DNA of 64,000 nt from Calditrichales bacterium (GTDB lineage: Bacteria; Calditrichota; Calditrichia; Calditrichales; J004), in the NCBI GenBank assembly GCA_965267575.1, contig OZ254086.1, forward strand, positions 2,272,001 through 2,336,000, written 5' to 3'. Below the pieces are notes generated by a model. The model had not been told where the DNA came from and made no database searches. It was given only the letters and a program-made list of their open reading frames with translations. Below, one piece after another: positions 44,101 through 53,600 of the stretch. The position numbers and the translations under genes were made by a program. Position 1 is the stretch's first letter. The number at the start of each line of letters is the position of its first letter.

Positions 44101-45520
44101 GACTCTTCTCCGCCAGCTCCCCTTGCAACATCTTCAGCACCCTGTCGAAAGCGGCGCGTGACAGCGACCGGTAACAATAGCTGCAACAGACCAGATCGTA
44201 CAAATCATCACTTTTCCAGTTTTGGCAGGCCACTTCGGCTACGATCTGCTGGGCCAGCACATCCAGCGCGTTTTCAGGCACGCGCGTCTCCTCAATATTT
44301 CCGTCCAGCATAGCCCGAGCCAGCGCGACACAATCGTCCAGGTCGGCGCGGTAAAGCGGGATGATGCGTCCCTTGCTTGTGGCTTTTAGCAAATGGCCGC
44401 TGCGTCCTACGCGCTGCAAAGCCGATGAGACGGATTTGGGCGATTCCAGCTGCACCACCAAATCAATGCTGCCGATATCGATGCCCAGTTCCAGCGAACC
44501 GGTAGCCACAACCGCCTTAAGCGTGCCGCTTTTAAGACGGCTCTCCACCTCAAAGCGTGTCTCCCGCGACAGGCTGCCGTGATGGGCCAGCGCCAGGGCT
44601 TCTTTTTTATCCGCGCCGCGCTTGTAATGCAGCTCATTCAGCAGCCGCGCGGTCTTTTCACTCTGCGCGCGCATCGGTACGAAGATCAGCGTGGTTTTAT
44701 GCTGCTGGATCAGATCGTAAAGCAGCTTGTAAACATCGGGCCAGATGCTGGCCTCCGGCAAGGCGCTGTAGCTGGCCACCGGACTGATGACCCTGACATC
44801 AAGTTGCTTGCGCTGGCCCGTATCGACAATTTCGACCGGACGCGGAGAACCCGGTTTGGAAAAGCCTCCCAGGAAGGCGGCTACCCGTTCCAGCGGTTTT
44901 TGCGTGGCCGAAAGCCCGATGCGCACGGGCTCTTTTTGGCACAGCGGCATCAGCCTTTCCAGCGACAGGCTGAGATGCACACCTCGTTTGTTACCGCATA
45001 TGGCGTGAATCTCGTCGACGATGATATAGCGCAGGTCACTGAACAGGTGGCGGCCCTTTTCACTGGTCAGCAGCAGGTAAAGCGATTCCGGCGTGGTAAT
45101 GAGGATATCCGGCGGGCGGCGCAGCATTTTTTGTCGCACAGCGGACGGCGTGTCTCCCGTGCGCACCAGGGCTGTAATTTTGGGAATGTCGTACCCCGCG
45201 TCACGCGATTCCTGTTCGAGACCGGACAGAGGTTGGCGCAGGTTGCGTTCGATATCATTATTTAAAGCTTTAAGCGGTGAAATATACAGTGTATGGATTG
45301 ACTTCGCCGGCCCACTGTTGTTTATCTTTTGGCGCAGCAGCGTATCTATGCACCAGAGAAAGGCGGCCAGGGTTTTACCGCTGCCTGTAGGCGCGCAGAT
45401 GAGGCAATGGGAACCGGAAGCGATTACCGGCCAGCCCTGCACTTGCGGTGGACTGGCTTCCCGGAAATGGCGCCTAAACCACTGCTGCGTTATGGCATGA
45501 AAGCCAGTTTGTTTTAACAT
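41144..45520 (-). CDS. lhr: Lhr (long helicase-related) SF2 helicase with C-terminal extension
   Basis: APTGSGKT, YISPLKALNND, TTPESL, DEIH, GLSAT, HHGSLS, LELGIDIG, QRVGRSGH; C-terminal LL.RYGVV...RRGYFIEGLSG.QFA. Confidence 0.93.
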   Translation of the reverse strand: MLKQTGFHAITQQWFRRHFREASPPQVQGWPVIASGSHCLICAPTGSGKTLAAFLWCIDTLLRQKINNSGPAKSIHTLYISPLKALNNDIERNLRQPLSGLEQESRDAGYDIPKITALVRTGDTPSAVRQKMLRRPPDILITTPESLYLLLTSEKGRHLFSDLRYIIVDEIHAICGNKRGVHLSLSLERLMPLCQKEPVRIGLSATQKPLERVAAFLGGFSKPGSPRPVEIVDTGQRKQLDVRVISPVASYSALPEASIWPDVYKLLYDLIQQHKTTLIFVPMRAQSEKTARLLNELHYKRGADKKEALALAHHGSLSRETRFEVESRLKSGTLKAVVATGSLELGIDIGSIDLVVQLESPKSVSSALQRVGRSGHLLKATSKGRIIPLYRADLDDCVALARAMLDGNIEETRVPENALDVLAQQIVAEVACQNWKSDDLYDLVCCSYCYRSLSRAAFDRVLKMLQGELAEKSLSALQPRLNFNIADGSLKALPGSRLSAVMNSGTIPDRAYYGVYLAEGRTKIGEMEEEFVFESKPGDVFYLGNSEYRIEDIRQDRLIVSLHNDVKPRPPFWKGDLLYRDYDTGRLIATFHDNLQQHVAAGNGEQWLQQNYPCDEAIARSLVESFKEQNESGAGLAGEKQLIVEHFRDSAGEPLLLLQSPFGARINGLWAIALGAVLERQHGLQVQYTYNDEAMMIRLLHENESEAADLFNLSTEEMEQHLVAALIDSPMFAIRFRYNAARALMLPRSQPGKRVPLWLQRLRSADVLQAVRSNDDFPIIVETYRECLYDLFDWPGLQTLSERIRSGEIGIVHRRNKKPSPMAAALLFRMISDNMYETDRSRQPAQGINFTGLLADILQSENIARLIDADLNARFEQQQQFLTTGRRARDAESLLRVIETLAPVSEKELVLRCDGDITSFIKELSAEKRIVLADTVLGKGWIAAEQKTLFDSAQPAALLRQLLRGHAAVTIETVLEKSGLEPETLNKALNELRQKNEIVHGKLIEDSQQDWMCDRVTFARMYRAAIAARRRFDSPLPGGQWSRFLWQWQNSSDPETAAGRMAGFSAPYPLLLNDIIGPRLAETGMDESLESGAYILQLSREGRQAEARVIARGSGYYWQPEAVETEKLSTDENTIRQFLKENGASTFEDLAAGCELSFGAINRALSGLLQKGIIGNTRRRSIDVLLNENMGGQPKAADAQFTPNMRSTRTRGLQSRINRRMQGSWQLHGGQWFLQHSFAVQGKKRNRQEIALFQARLLLNRYGVVVKECYRREKGLLPWIELFNTMKTMEWQGLIRRGYFIEGLSGIQFALPEVLEHLRRLQNDTEQASRETGVLLSVFDPALPYGTLTRWPLRDDSGREIRVSRVSGNYIFFKGGVRAYVENRGRRITLDKSWEHSMTRDLVLALKQLLARNKGTMRRIRIETIDDKAITESPRSKVFLEHGFEKNGDIVELWPSAL

Positions 45521-45577
45521 GATTATTAAGTGACTTAATGGATTGCTGAATTATTGATTCATGCAATACGACAATCT

Positions 45578-47746
45578 CTAATATTGAAAAAGATAAGAAA
45601 GTTTGAAAAATACACCGCGGGCATCCAGGCGTTTATTCTCTACGGGCCACGGCCAGCCGCTGTCATAATTGGTGTAGCGGTTAAAAAGGCCGTTCGCTCC
45701 CAGGTAAAAAACGGTTCCCGGTGAAGGCGTATAACTGAGCAGAACGTTGGCATCGATGTTACTGCCATCGGGGTATGTGTTTTCTTCGAGGATTACGCGC
45801 AGGGCAAAATAGCGGTGCAGTTGCCAGATAAAGCGAAAACGATAGATGTCCTGTACGATTTCATAATTCAGATTGCCGCGTTGCCCGTCAAAAGTATAGC
45901 GGCTCAGGGATAATTGCGTGTTTACCGTTTTTGTTTTCAGAGTAAGATATCCGCTCAGATATTTGCCGTCTCCGATGAATGCCGGGTCACCAAAAAAATA
46001 GATATCTTCACCGAAGCGGTAATAGATACCCGTTTCCAGCCAGGAGAGTGTGGCATTATCAATGTCTATGCTGGCGTGAGGATAAATGTGCTCACGATTT
46101 TCCCAGCGCGTCATTTGATAGGTATAGTCCAGTGTAGCGGTTGTGTTTTTTGCAAATTTTACTTCCAGGCTGGGGATGATGTAGTCGTCGATGGCCTGGC
46201 CTTTATAGTTCCAGACGCGTGATGTGTAGATGGTAGGTCGTATTTGCTGGATGGCACCTTTGGAAAAAGGGAAATCCTGCCAGAACATAATAGCCGGCTG
46301 CCGGATATCCGTTCGATAGAGAAAGCCGTTGTCAGCTCGGAAATCGGGTGAAAGTTCGCTATAAAAAAGCTGCATATTAAGACCCTGACCGCCGCGCCAT
46401 AAGTTAAGATAAGCACCGTGGCCGTCACGTATGGGTTGACCGCTGTCCTTTGTATTGGAATAAAGTCCCTGCATTTTGAGGATCCAGTTTTGGCTCAGCG
46501 TCAGCCTTGTATCGGCACCCGCCAGACGGTTAAAGGTCCCGTCGAGTTCACGGTCGGTGACAAGTATGCCAACTTCTTGGCTTCTGCCCACATTGCGTTT
46601 GATCCTCAAAATATTGTTAAACATCGGCTTTTGGCGATCATTATCGATGGGCTTGAAAAAGCCGAGCACCTCATTATCGCTTGCGTATTGTTCAATTTCA
46701 CTTATAAGGCCAACGCTGTAATCACCTATGCGTCCGCTGAGCTTCGTGGCAAAAAGGGGATCGACCATTTGCCGCGTGTAGACTGCCTCGATGGGTGTCT
46801 GGAACAATTCCAGTTCTTCCAGGAAAAACGGTCTTTTTTCGCTGTATTGCAGGGGAAAACGGCGGTTCACATCAATCCTCGTGGCGTCCGATTCCACCTG
46901 GCTGAAGTCCGGGTTTAGCGCCACATGCGCCTTCAGGGCGGAGGTGATGCCAAAGTTTAAATTGATGCCCAGCTCTTCTTCTATGGCGCCATTGTCCAGT
47001 GTATTGCCATGGCGCAAGTCATTACGCAGGGCAGTCACTTCCGGAAGGATTTCCAAAATCCGTCCGCCTTCTATGTTCTTTATATCCGAAAGGCGCGCGA
47101 ATTGCCCGATGAACTCCGTTTGCCGGGGAACGATCCTGGGCCAGATGATATCTTTACCGTTGTGCTGCGTGCGCCGGAAACAGCCCATGCCCCACTCCAT
47201 GACATCCTTTTCCGGAAAATTAAGACTGGAAAAAGGAATTCGCGCTTCCACGATATAGCCCCTGCTGAACAAACGCCCGCGTGACTCAAACAGGAAGTCC
47301 GGCTTAAAGTCTTCACCTACCTGTTCGGTAAAAATGCCATCGGCCTGGATGCCGTATGGATTGAAGCCGAACTGGTAGGCATGCTGGCCATCATTAAATG
47401 TGTCCAGATAAATGATCACGAAGTCATCATCAAAAATGGCATCTCGCCGGGTTATGGAGGCGCGGATAAGATCGTTGTCCTCATAAAAGCAGATAACGGC
47501 TATGTACAGGTTGGCCTGGTCGTAGCCCAGCAGTACAGCCGTGCGCTCCTCGGCCTTCATCCCGTCAACAGGAAGGAATGTGTAAAAATCGGTGATCTTG
47601 GTGGCATTTTCCCAGACATCGTCGGTCAGGTAGCCGTCAATCTTCACCATTTGGTCAAACGGTTGCAGCTTAACGCGCAGGGGCGTTTCCGCCTGGGCCA
47701 TGAGCGTGGCCATCGTTGCCAGTATGAATGATATGCGTTTTATCAT
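45578..47746 (-). CDS. CBM9-like/DUF5916 outer-membrane protein
   Basis: Signal peptide; IDG.L...W, YD..NLY, LDTFND...AY.F..NP.G.Q.D, NPDFSQVE.D, EKRPFF.E, C-terminal FFKLSYLF. Confidence 0.85.
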   Translation of the reverse strand: MIKRISFILATMATLMAQAETPLRVKLQPFDQMVKIDGYLTDDVWENATKITDFYTFLPVDGMKAEERTAVLLGYDQANLYIAVICFYEDNDLIRASITRRDAIFDDDFVIIYLDTFNDGQHAYQFGFNPYGIQADGIFTEQVGEDFKPDFLFESRGRLFSRGYIVEARIPFSSLNFPEKDVMEWGMGCFRRTQHNGKDIIWPRIVPRQTEFIGQFARLSDIKNIEGGRILEILPEVTALRNDLRHGNTLDNGAIEEELGINLNFGITSALKAHVALNPDFSQVESDATRIDVNRRFPLQYSEKRPFFLEELELFQTPIEAVYTRQMVDPLFATKLSGRIGDYSVGLISEIEQYASDNEVLGFFKPIDNDRQKPMFNNILRIKRNVGRSQEVGILVTDRELDGTFNRLAGADTRLTLSQNWILKMQGLYSNTKDSGQPIRDGHGAYLNLWRGGQGLNMQLFYSELSPDFRADNGFLYRTDIRQPAIMFWQDFPFSKGAIQQIRPTIYTSRVWNYKGQAIDDYIIPSLEVKFAKNTTATLDYTYQMTRWENREHIYPHASIDIDNATLSWLETGIYYRFGEDIYFFGDPAFIGDGKYLSGYLTLKTKTVNTQLSLSRYTFDGQRGNLNYEIVQDIYRFRFIWQLHRYFALRVILEENTYPDGSNIDANVLLSYTPSPGTVFYLGANGLFNRYTNYDSGWPWPVENKRLDARGVFFKLSYLFQY

Positions 47747-47762
47747 ATCGAGATCGGATCTG

Positions 47763-48839
47763 TTATTTTTGAACCGAAAAAAGCGTATACAATCCCAGTG
47801 TTAAAAACACCAGATTTCCCAGCCATGCGGCCATGACGGGTTCCAGCGTTCCCTGGTGACCCATAACCTGACCGAAACGAATTAGTATAAAAAATGCAAA
47901 ACTAATCAACAAGCTAATTCCGAAATTAAGTCCCGTTCCACCGCGGCGCTTACGGGAAGCAAAAGGGGCACCGATTAAGACGACAATGAAGTTTGCAAAC
48001 GGCATTGCGATCTTGAGATGTTTTTCTACCAGCCATTTTTTGGGATCAGCACCAATGGCGCGCTGCTCGGCGATAAACTCGTTCAGTTCGGTGTAGCTCA
48101 TTTCCTCGGGATCTTTTTGCTCGGAAACCAGGTTGCGCGGCCTGATGCGGCTGTCGCTGATGGTTGTATCTTTCAGCATTTCTACATTCTCTATTCCGTT
48201 GTCAAAGCTGCGCAGCCGGGCGTCTATCATTACCCACACGCTGTCGCGCCAGACCATGCGCCGGGCATCGATACGCTCCACCAGCCTGGGCCCCTCGAAC
48301 ATCTGCAGGCTTGCGTCGCGACCCTCGGCGGTTTTGCTGTTGTAGTATTTCATTGTCAATTTTCGGTCTTCACGGTCCTGTACATAAATATTGTTGCGGA
48401 TTGATCCGGTCCGCGGGTTGTCGCGGATATCGAAACGGTAAAGATCGATGCGCTTGGCGTTGGCTTCCGGTACAACGAGTTCATTAAAAAAACCGGCCGC
48501 AATACTCAGAATAATGCCTCCGGCAAAAACAGGCATCAGGATGCGGTACAGGCTGATACCCGATGAAAGCTGGGCTACGATTTCATTATGCTGGGCCAGG
48601 TTGCTTACGGCAAAAAGTGTGGCCAGCAGAACGGCAATGGGCAGCGTAAGACTTATAATGTTGGGAATGTAATAGAGGTAGTAAAGCAATATCTGTTCCA
48701 GGGTGGCGCCATAATCAATAAAGGTGGAGATCCTTTCGATCATGTTGACCACAACGAATATGACAATCCAGGCGGCCACCGCGGCCACCAGGTTAATGGC
48801 AAATTTTTTGATGATATAGAACGAAAGCTTATTGATCAT
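47763..48839 (-). CDS. lptG: LPS export ABC transporter permease LptG
   Basis: PIAVLLATL, NEIVA..SSGISL.RI, PEEMSY.EL, K.A.PF, AAWL.N. Confidence 0.88.
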   Translation of the reverse strand: MINKLSFYIIKKFAINLVAAVAAWIVIFVVVNMIERISTFIDYGATLEQILLYYLYYIPNIISLTLPIAVLLATLFAVSNLAQHNEIVAQLSSGISLYRILMPVFAGGIILSIAAGFFNELVVPEANAKRIDLYRFDIRDNPRTGSIRNNIYVQDREDRKLTMKYYNSKTAEGRDASLQMFEGPRLVERIDARRMVWRDSVWVMIDARLRSFDNGIENVEMLKDTTISDSRIRPRNLVSEQKDPEEMSYTELNEFIAEQRAIGADPKKWLVEKHLKIAMPFANFIVVLIGAPFASRKRRGGTGLNFGISLLISFAFFILIRFGQVMGHQGTLEPVMAAWLGNLVFLTLGLYTLFSVQK

Positions 48840-50307
48840 GCGTCTCTTCCTGCTTCACGCCGGCCCAGCGAAACTTGCGTCGCAGCCGGTTCCAATCGAT
48901 AAACGAGCTTTCTTTGACCGCGCGCCAGACAAGATACACCCCTACGACAAACAAAAGAAAATTGGGCGACCACATGGCCCAGAAGGGAGACACAATCTGT
49001 CTGTCCGCCAGTTTTTCGCCGCCGATCAGAAACATCCAGTACATCAGGAAAAAACCGATGCTCATGGTAATGGCCACGCCCATGCTGCCTTTGCGCGTCA
49101 TTATTCCCAGCGGTGCGCCAACAAGCACAAATACGATACTGGCAAAAGGTATCGAGTACTTTTTGTAAATCTCAACCAGAAACTTGTTAACATTTTGCTC
49201 CTGGTTTGTCAGGATCGTCGCGTTGGCTTTTATTTGCTGGTATTGCCTCTCGGCCTGACGGATAGCACGCAGACGCGCAACTCTTTGTGTGTGATCGTCC
49301 AGATCGGCCAGGCTCAGCGTATCCGAAAGCGCATTGAGACTGTCGTTTTGGATAATCGCCAAAAGCTTGTCTATTTCGGCGAAATGGCTCTGCAGGTCGC
49401 TGGCGGTTTTGCTTTTTTGAATCTCTATTTGCTTGCGGCTTTTTTTGACCTGTTCCATCATCATGGCCGTATTCATTTCCCTGTCACCGCGGTATTCGCT
49501 TTCGCTTTCTTCCAGCTCAAAATTGCGCGCGGGAATGTATACCACGTGGCGGCTGAAGTCGGAGCGTTGATATTCTTCGGGTTTGGCGCTGTCCAGCTCA
49601 TGGAACTCGCCGTTAAACAGGGTGAACACCAGGGCTTTGCGTTGCGGGGAGTATACCATGTAGCCTTCGCGGGCGTTTATGGTAGTGGTCTTGCCGGCGC
49701 TGGAACGGTCAAATATGGTTACATTTAGCAGCTTGTCCGGTATCTCCTTGTCCTTTTCCACATAGTCCGGGCCCAGCAGTTTTGCCGTGTCGGTCCATTC
49801 GTCCATTGGCGGTTTCTTTATGGATTCCACCACAAAAGCGAACGGGCTCATTTCATAAAAAATATGCGGTTCAAGCGAGAGCGTCGGTTTTTTGCGCTTG
49901 ATGGCCTGCATCATTTTGCGCGCGGCGTGGTTGGTTTCCGGCAGGATCTGGTCGTTAAAATAGATCATACCGAAGGTAAGGATCAGTCCAAAGGCAATGG
50001 AGGGTCGTATAATGCGGTAGATACTGATACCGGCCGATTTAAGAATGGTGATCTCATTGTCCGCCGAGAAACGGCCAAAAGCCATCAGCACCGCTATGAG
50101 TGTGGCCATGGGAACGGCCAGCGCCAGCATCCAGGCCAGGTTGAGCGTAATTAGTTCAAAAATGGTTAACAGGGGAATGCCTTTACCGAATATCTGTCCG
50201 ATATATTTAACCAGGAATTGCATAAGCAGGATAAACATGATGACGGAGAGGGCAAAAACGAAGGGGCCGATATGCTCTTTAAAAATGTAGCGATAGAGAA
50301 TTTTCAT
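48829..50307 (-). CDS. lptF: LPS export ABC transporter permease LptF
   Basis: L.RYIFKE...PF, AVPMA.L..VLMAFGR..ADNEI..LKSAGIS, KKYSIPFA, GAPLG, WAMW.PN. Confidence 0.88.
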   Translation of the reverse strand: MKILYRYIFKEHIGPFVFALSVIMFILLMQFLVKYIGQIFGKGIPLLTIFELITLNLAWMLALAVPMATLIAVLMAFGRFSADNEITILKSAGISIYRIIRPSIAFGLILTFGMIYFNDQILPETNHAARKMMQAIKRKKPTLSLEPHIFYEMSPFAFVVESIKKPPMDEWTDTAKLLGPDYVEKDKEIPDKLLNVTIFDRSSAGKTTTINAREGYMVYSPQRKALVFTLFNGEFHELDSAKPEEYQRSDFSRHVVYIPARNFELEESESEYRGDREMNTAMMMEQVKKSRKQIEIQKSKTASDLQSHFAEIDKLLAIIQNDSLNALSDTLSLADLDDHTQRVARLRAIRQAERQYQQIKANATILTNQEQNVNKFLVEIYKKYSIPFASIVFVLVGAPLGIMTRKGSMGVAITMSIGFFLMYWMFLIGGEKLADRQIVSPFWAMWSPNFLLFVVGVYLVWRAVKESSFIDWNRLRRKFRWAGVKQEETHDQ

Positions 50308-50484
50308 TAAGGCTTTTTTGTCCTGATTGAAAAAATTAAATCGGGAAATCTGCAAATATAGATAAAATGAAATTGTACGGCTAATAAAAAGTTCAGTGCT
50401 AAAATAATAAAATCGGCACAGAACCTTTTGGTATTAACAAAGTAACAGGCTAAATGTAAAGCGCAAAAGGATAAATATTTGCAC

Positions 50485-50513
50485 TTGCCAATAAGCGGCG
50501 AGTCTTTTAAATT
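50485..50513 (+). promoter_or_regulatory. Sigma70-type promoter of the sprA operon
   Basis: TTGCCA-17 nt-TAAATT in the AT-rich divergent spacer. Confidence 0.5.
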
Positions 50514-50618
50514 CGCATTTCTAACAAAAAACCAGGGAGTGCCATCCGCTCATTTTGCTACCGATAGATAATATTTAGTTTAATTGTTTTTATGATCAAT
50601 ACATGTCAGGGATGGAAT

Positions 50619-53600
50619 ATGCGGCACTTCCGGCTCCTGCTGCTGGGTGTTTTTCTTTTGTGCGGATATGCTCAGGCGCAGGACAGCATTGGCATAAGCC
50701 TTCCAAAGCCACCGCGCACGGTAGATCTGTTTGAAGAGGAATTTTTCGGTCTTGAGCAGTATGCCGTTGATTCTACCTTTTTCGCGAAAAGGCCCGGATT
50801 CTATAAACGGGAAGTCACGCTGGATTCCGCCGGTACGCGCATTTCCATCCGTGAAACAATCGACGATACGGATATGTATTTTCCGGCGGTTGTCGACCTG
50901 GAAAGCTACATTGAAAAGCGCGTGGCTTATAACTGGCGGCAATTAACGCGCAAAAAATTTATTGATCATATCGCCCAGCAGCGCGAAGAAGAGTTTGGCG
51001 CCATCGAGCTGGATATCCCCTTCCGCATTAAAAGCGAAACCTTCACCCGCATATTCGGATCGGACAGAATCAGCCTGCGGGTTACGGGTAATATTTCGTT
51101 CGACCTCTCCGGCAGAACGGAAGAACGCTCCGGTTCGGCCATTAACGCCCGCGAAAACCAGAATACATTCAGCCCGCGCTTTAGCCAGACGCAGCAGTTT
51201 ACGGTGGAAGGCAAGATCGGTGAAAAGGTGACGGTATCCGTGCAGCAAAACAGCGAAGCGGTTACCGATATTGAGAACACGCTGAAGCTGCGTTATGACG
51301 GCGAAGAGGATGAGATCGTTGAGAAAATTGAAGCGGGTAATATTTCACTCTCCCTGCCCTCTACCAAGTATGTGATCTTTGGCGGTTCCAATAAAGGCCT
51401 ATTTGGCCTTAAAGCCAATCTGCGGCTGGGTGATTTATACATGACAACGATCGCCTCGCTGGAGAAAGGCGAGCAGCAGGAGCTTAGCATCACCGGGGCC
51501 AGCAGCGAATCCAAAACGACGGTGAAAGATTACGAATTTATAAAAAACCGCTACTTTTTTCTCGACCGCTTCTACTATGATAATTTCCAGGATGGTTTCA
51601 CCGAAAACCTGCAGGTCTTCAACTACCCGCAGGGTTCAGATATTATTCGTCTCGAGGTGTGGGTTTCCACCAACCCCAACGGCGAGCCGGGCGCGCGCCG
51701 AGGTATAGCCGCTGTTGACCCGGCAGCCTACGAAGACGCCGATTATAATTCGCTGGAGCCTGAAGACGGCAAAGTGGATAAAGGCTGGTTCCGGCAGCTT
51801 GAGGAGGGCCGCGATTATGAATACGACCAGTATCGCGGGTTTTTCTGGTTGAATCAGTCGGTTGACAACAATACCCTTTTGGCGATCGCCTACGCGGTTT
51901 CCGGAGCGCCCAATGATCCTGTGGGAACGCTTACCGAGCAAATCGCCCAGGATGACAGTGCCATTGTCGTGCTGAAAATGATCAAGCCGAAGCAGCAATT
52001 GCCTTCCGAGACATACGCCGAAACCTGGCCGCTGATGATGAAAAACGTTTACAGCCTGGGCGGTACCAACATCGAGCAGGAAGGTTTTGATATCCGTGTT
52101 CAGTATAACCGCACCGGTACGGCCGAAACGTATCAGGGCGACCGCTCTTTCCTGAATATCCTTGGCCTTGACATTGTGGATGAGAACGGAGGTGCCGTGG
52201 AAGGCGGGGATGAAGTGGTTGACCTCAATCCCTACGTCATAAACCGGGCGCGGGGGATTCTGATATTTCCGTCCCTGCAGCCGTTTAATCCTTTGGCGGA
52301 GAGCCGTTTTGATGAACTGGCCGAAGAATTCCACGTGGACATATATAACCTGAACACATCGTCCACCAACGATTTTGTCGAGCGTTCCAAGTTTGAAATG
52401 ATCGTAACCTCGAAAAGCACCAAATCTACGTTTGACCTGGGCTTTTATGTGCTGGAAGGCTCCGAGGTGGTCACGTTGAACGGCCGGACTTTGGACCGCG
52501 ACAAGGATTATGTGATCGATTATTTCAGCGGCCAGTTGACGCTGCTTTCCAATGAAGCGAAGCGTTCCAGCTCCAATATCAACATTAAATATGAACGGGC
52601 CAATCTTTTCCAGCTTGATAAAAAGACCATTCTCGGCGGGCGCCTTGAGTACCAGCTTTGGGACGATGCTTTTATCGGCCTGACCGCGCTTTATCTCAAT
52701 AAGACCACGCTGGACAGACGCGTGCGGGTGGGGCAGGAGCCGTTCCGCAACTTTGTCTGGGACGTGAACGCCGCCTTCAAATTCAAGCCGCGCTTTGTCA
52801 CCAATGCAATCGACGCCTTGCCGCTTATTGAAACCAGCGATGAGTCGGAATTCGACATTGAAGGCGAATTTGCGCAGGTGTTCCCCAATCCCAATACGCT
52901 TAACAATTCGTCAACGGGCGATAATAACGGTGTGGCTTATATTGATGATTTTGAGGCCAGCAAGCGCACGACCACGCTGGGCATCCGCTACCGCACGTGG
53001 ACGCTGGCCAGTGCGCCGCGTCAGCTTCCGGGATCGGGAACCACAAATCCTACCCAGGCCGAAGAATCCCGCGCTCACCTGAACTGGTTTAACCCGTTCA
53101 ACCAGGTGCCGATTAAGAACATCTGGCCAAACCGCGATGTGAATTCGCAAACCGGTCAGACGACGGACGTACTGGGACTGGAGTTCTGGCGCGACCCGGG
53201 CAGCGATTCGCTGGATTCCTGGGCCGGTATCATGCGTTCCACCGCCAGCTTTGCCGATCAGCAAAAAACCAAATATGTAGAGCTGTGGGTTAAAGGCAAT
53301 AAAGGAACGATCAATATCGATGTTGGGCGGATATCCGAAGATTATTATGTAACAGGCACGAACTTTCGCGGAGAGCCCAGCCTGGGCAATCTGAACACGG
53401 AAGACCGCAACTCCAACGGACTTCTGGAAGACAACGAAGATACCGGTATCGACGGGATTTCCAACGGGCAGGGCGATGATGATTCCGATGACTGGGCCGC
53501 GCCAAGCCGTGCCAACACGGCCGACGGCTGGGACTATTCGCGCATAAACGGCACTGAGGGCAACGGCAATGCCCAGGGCGCGCGCTATCCGGACACGGAA

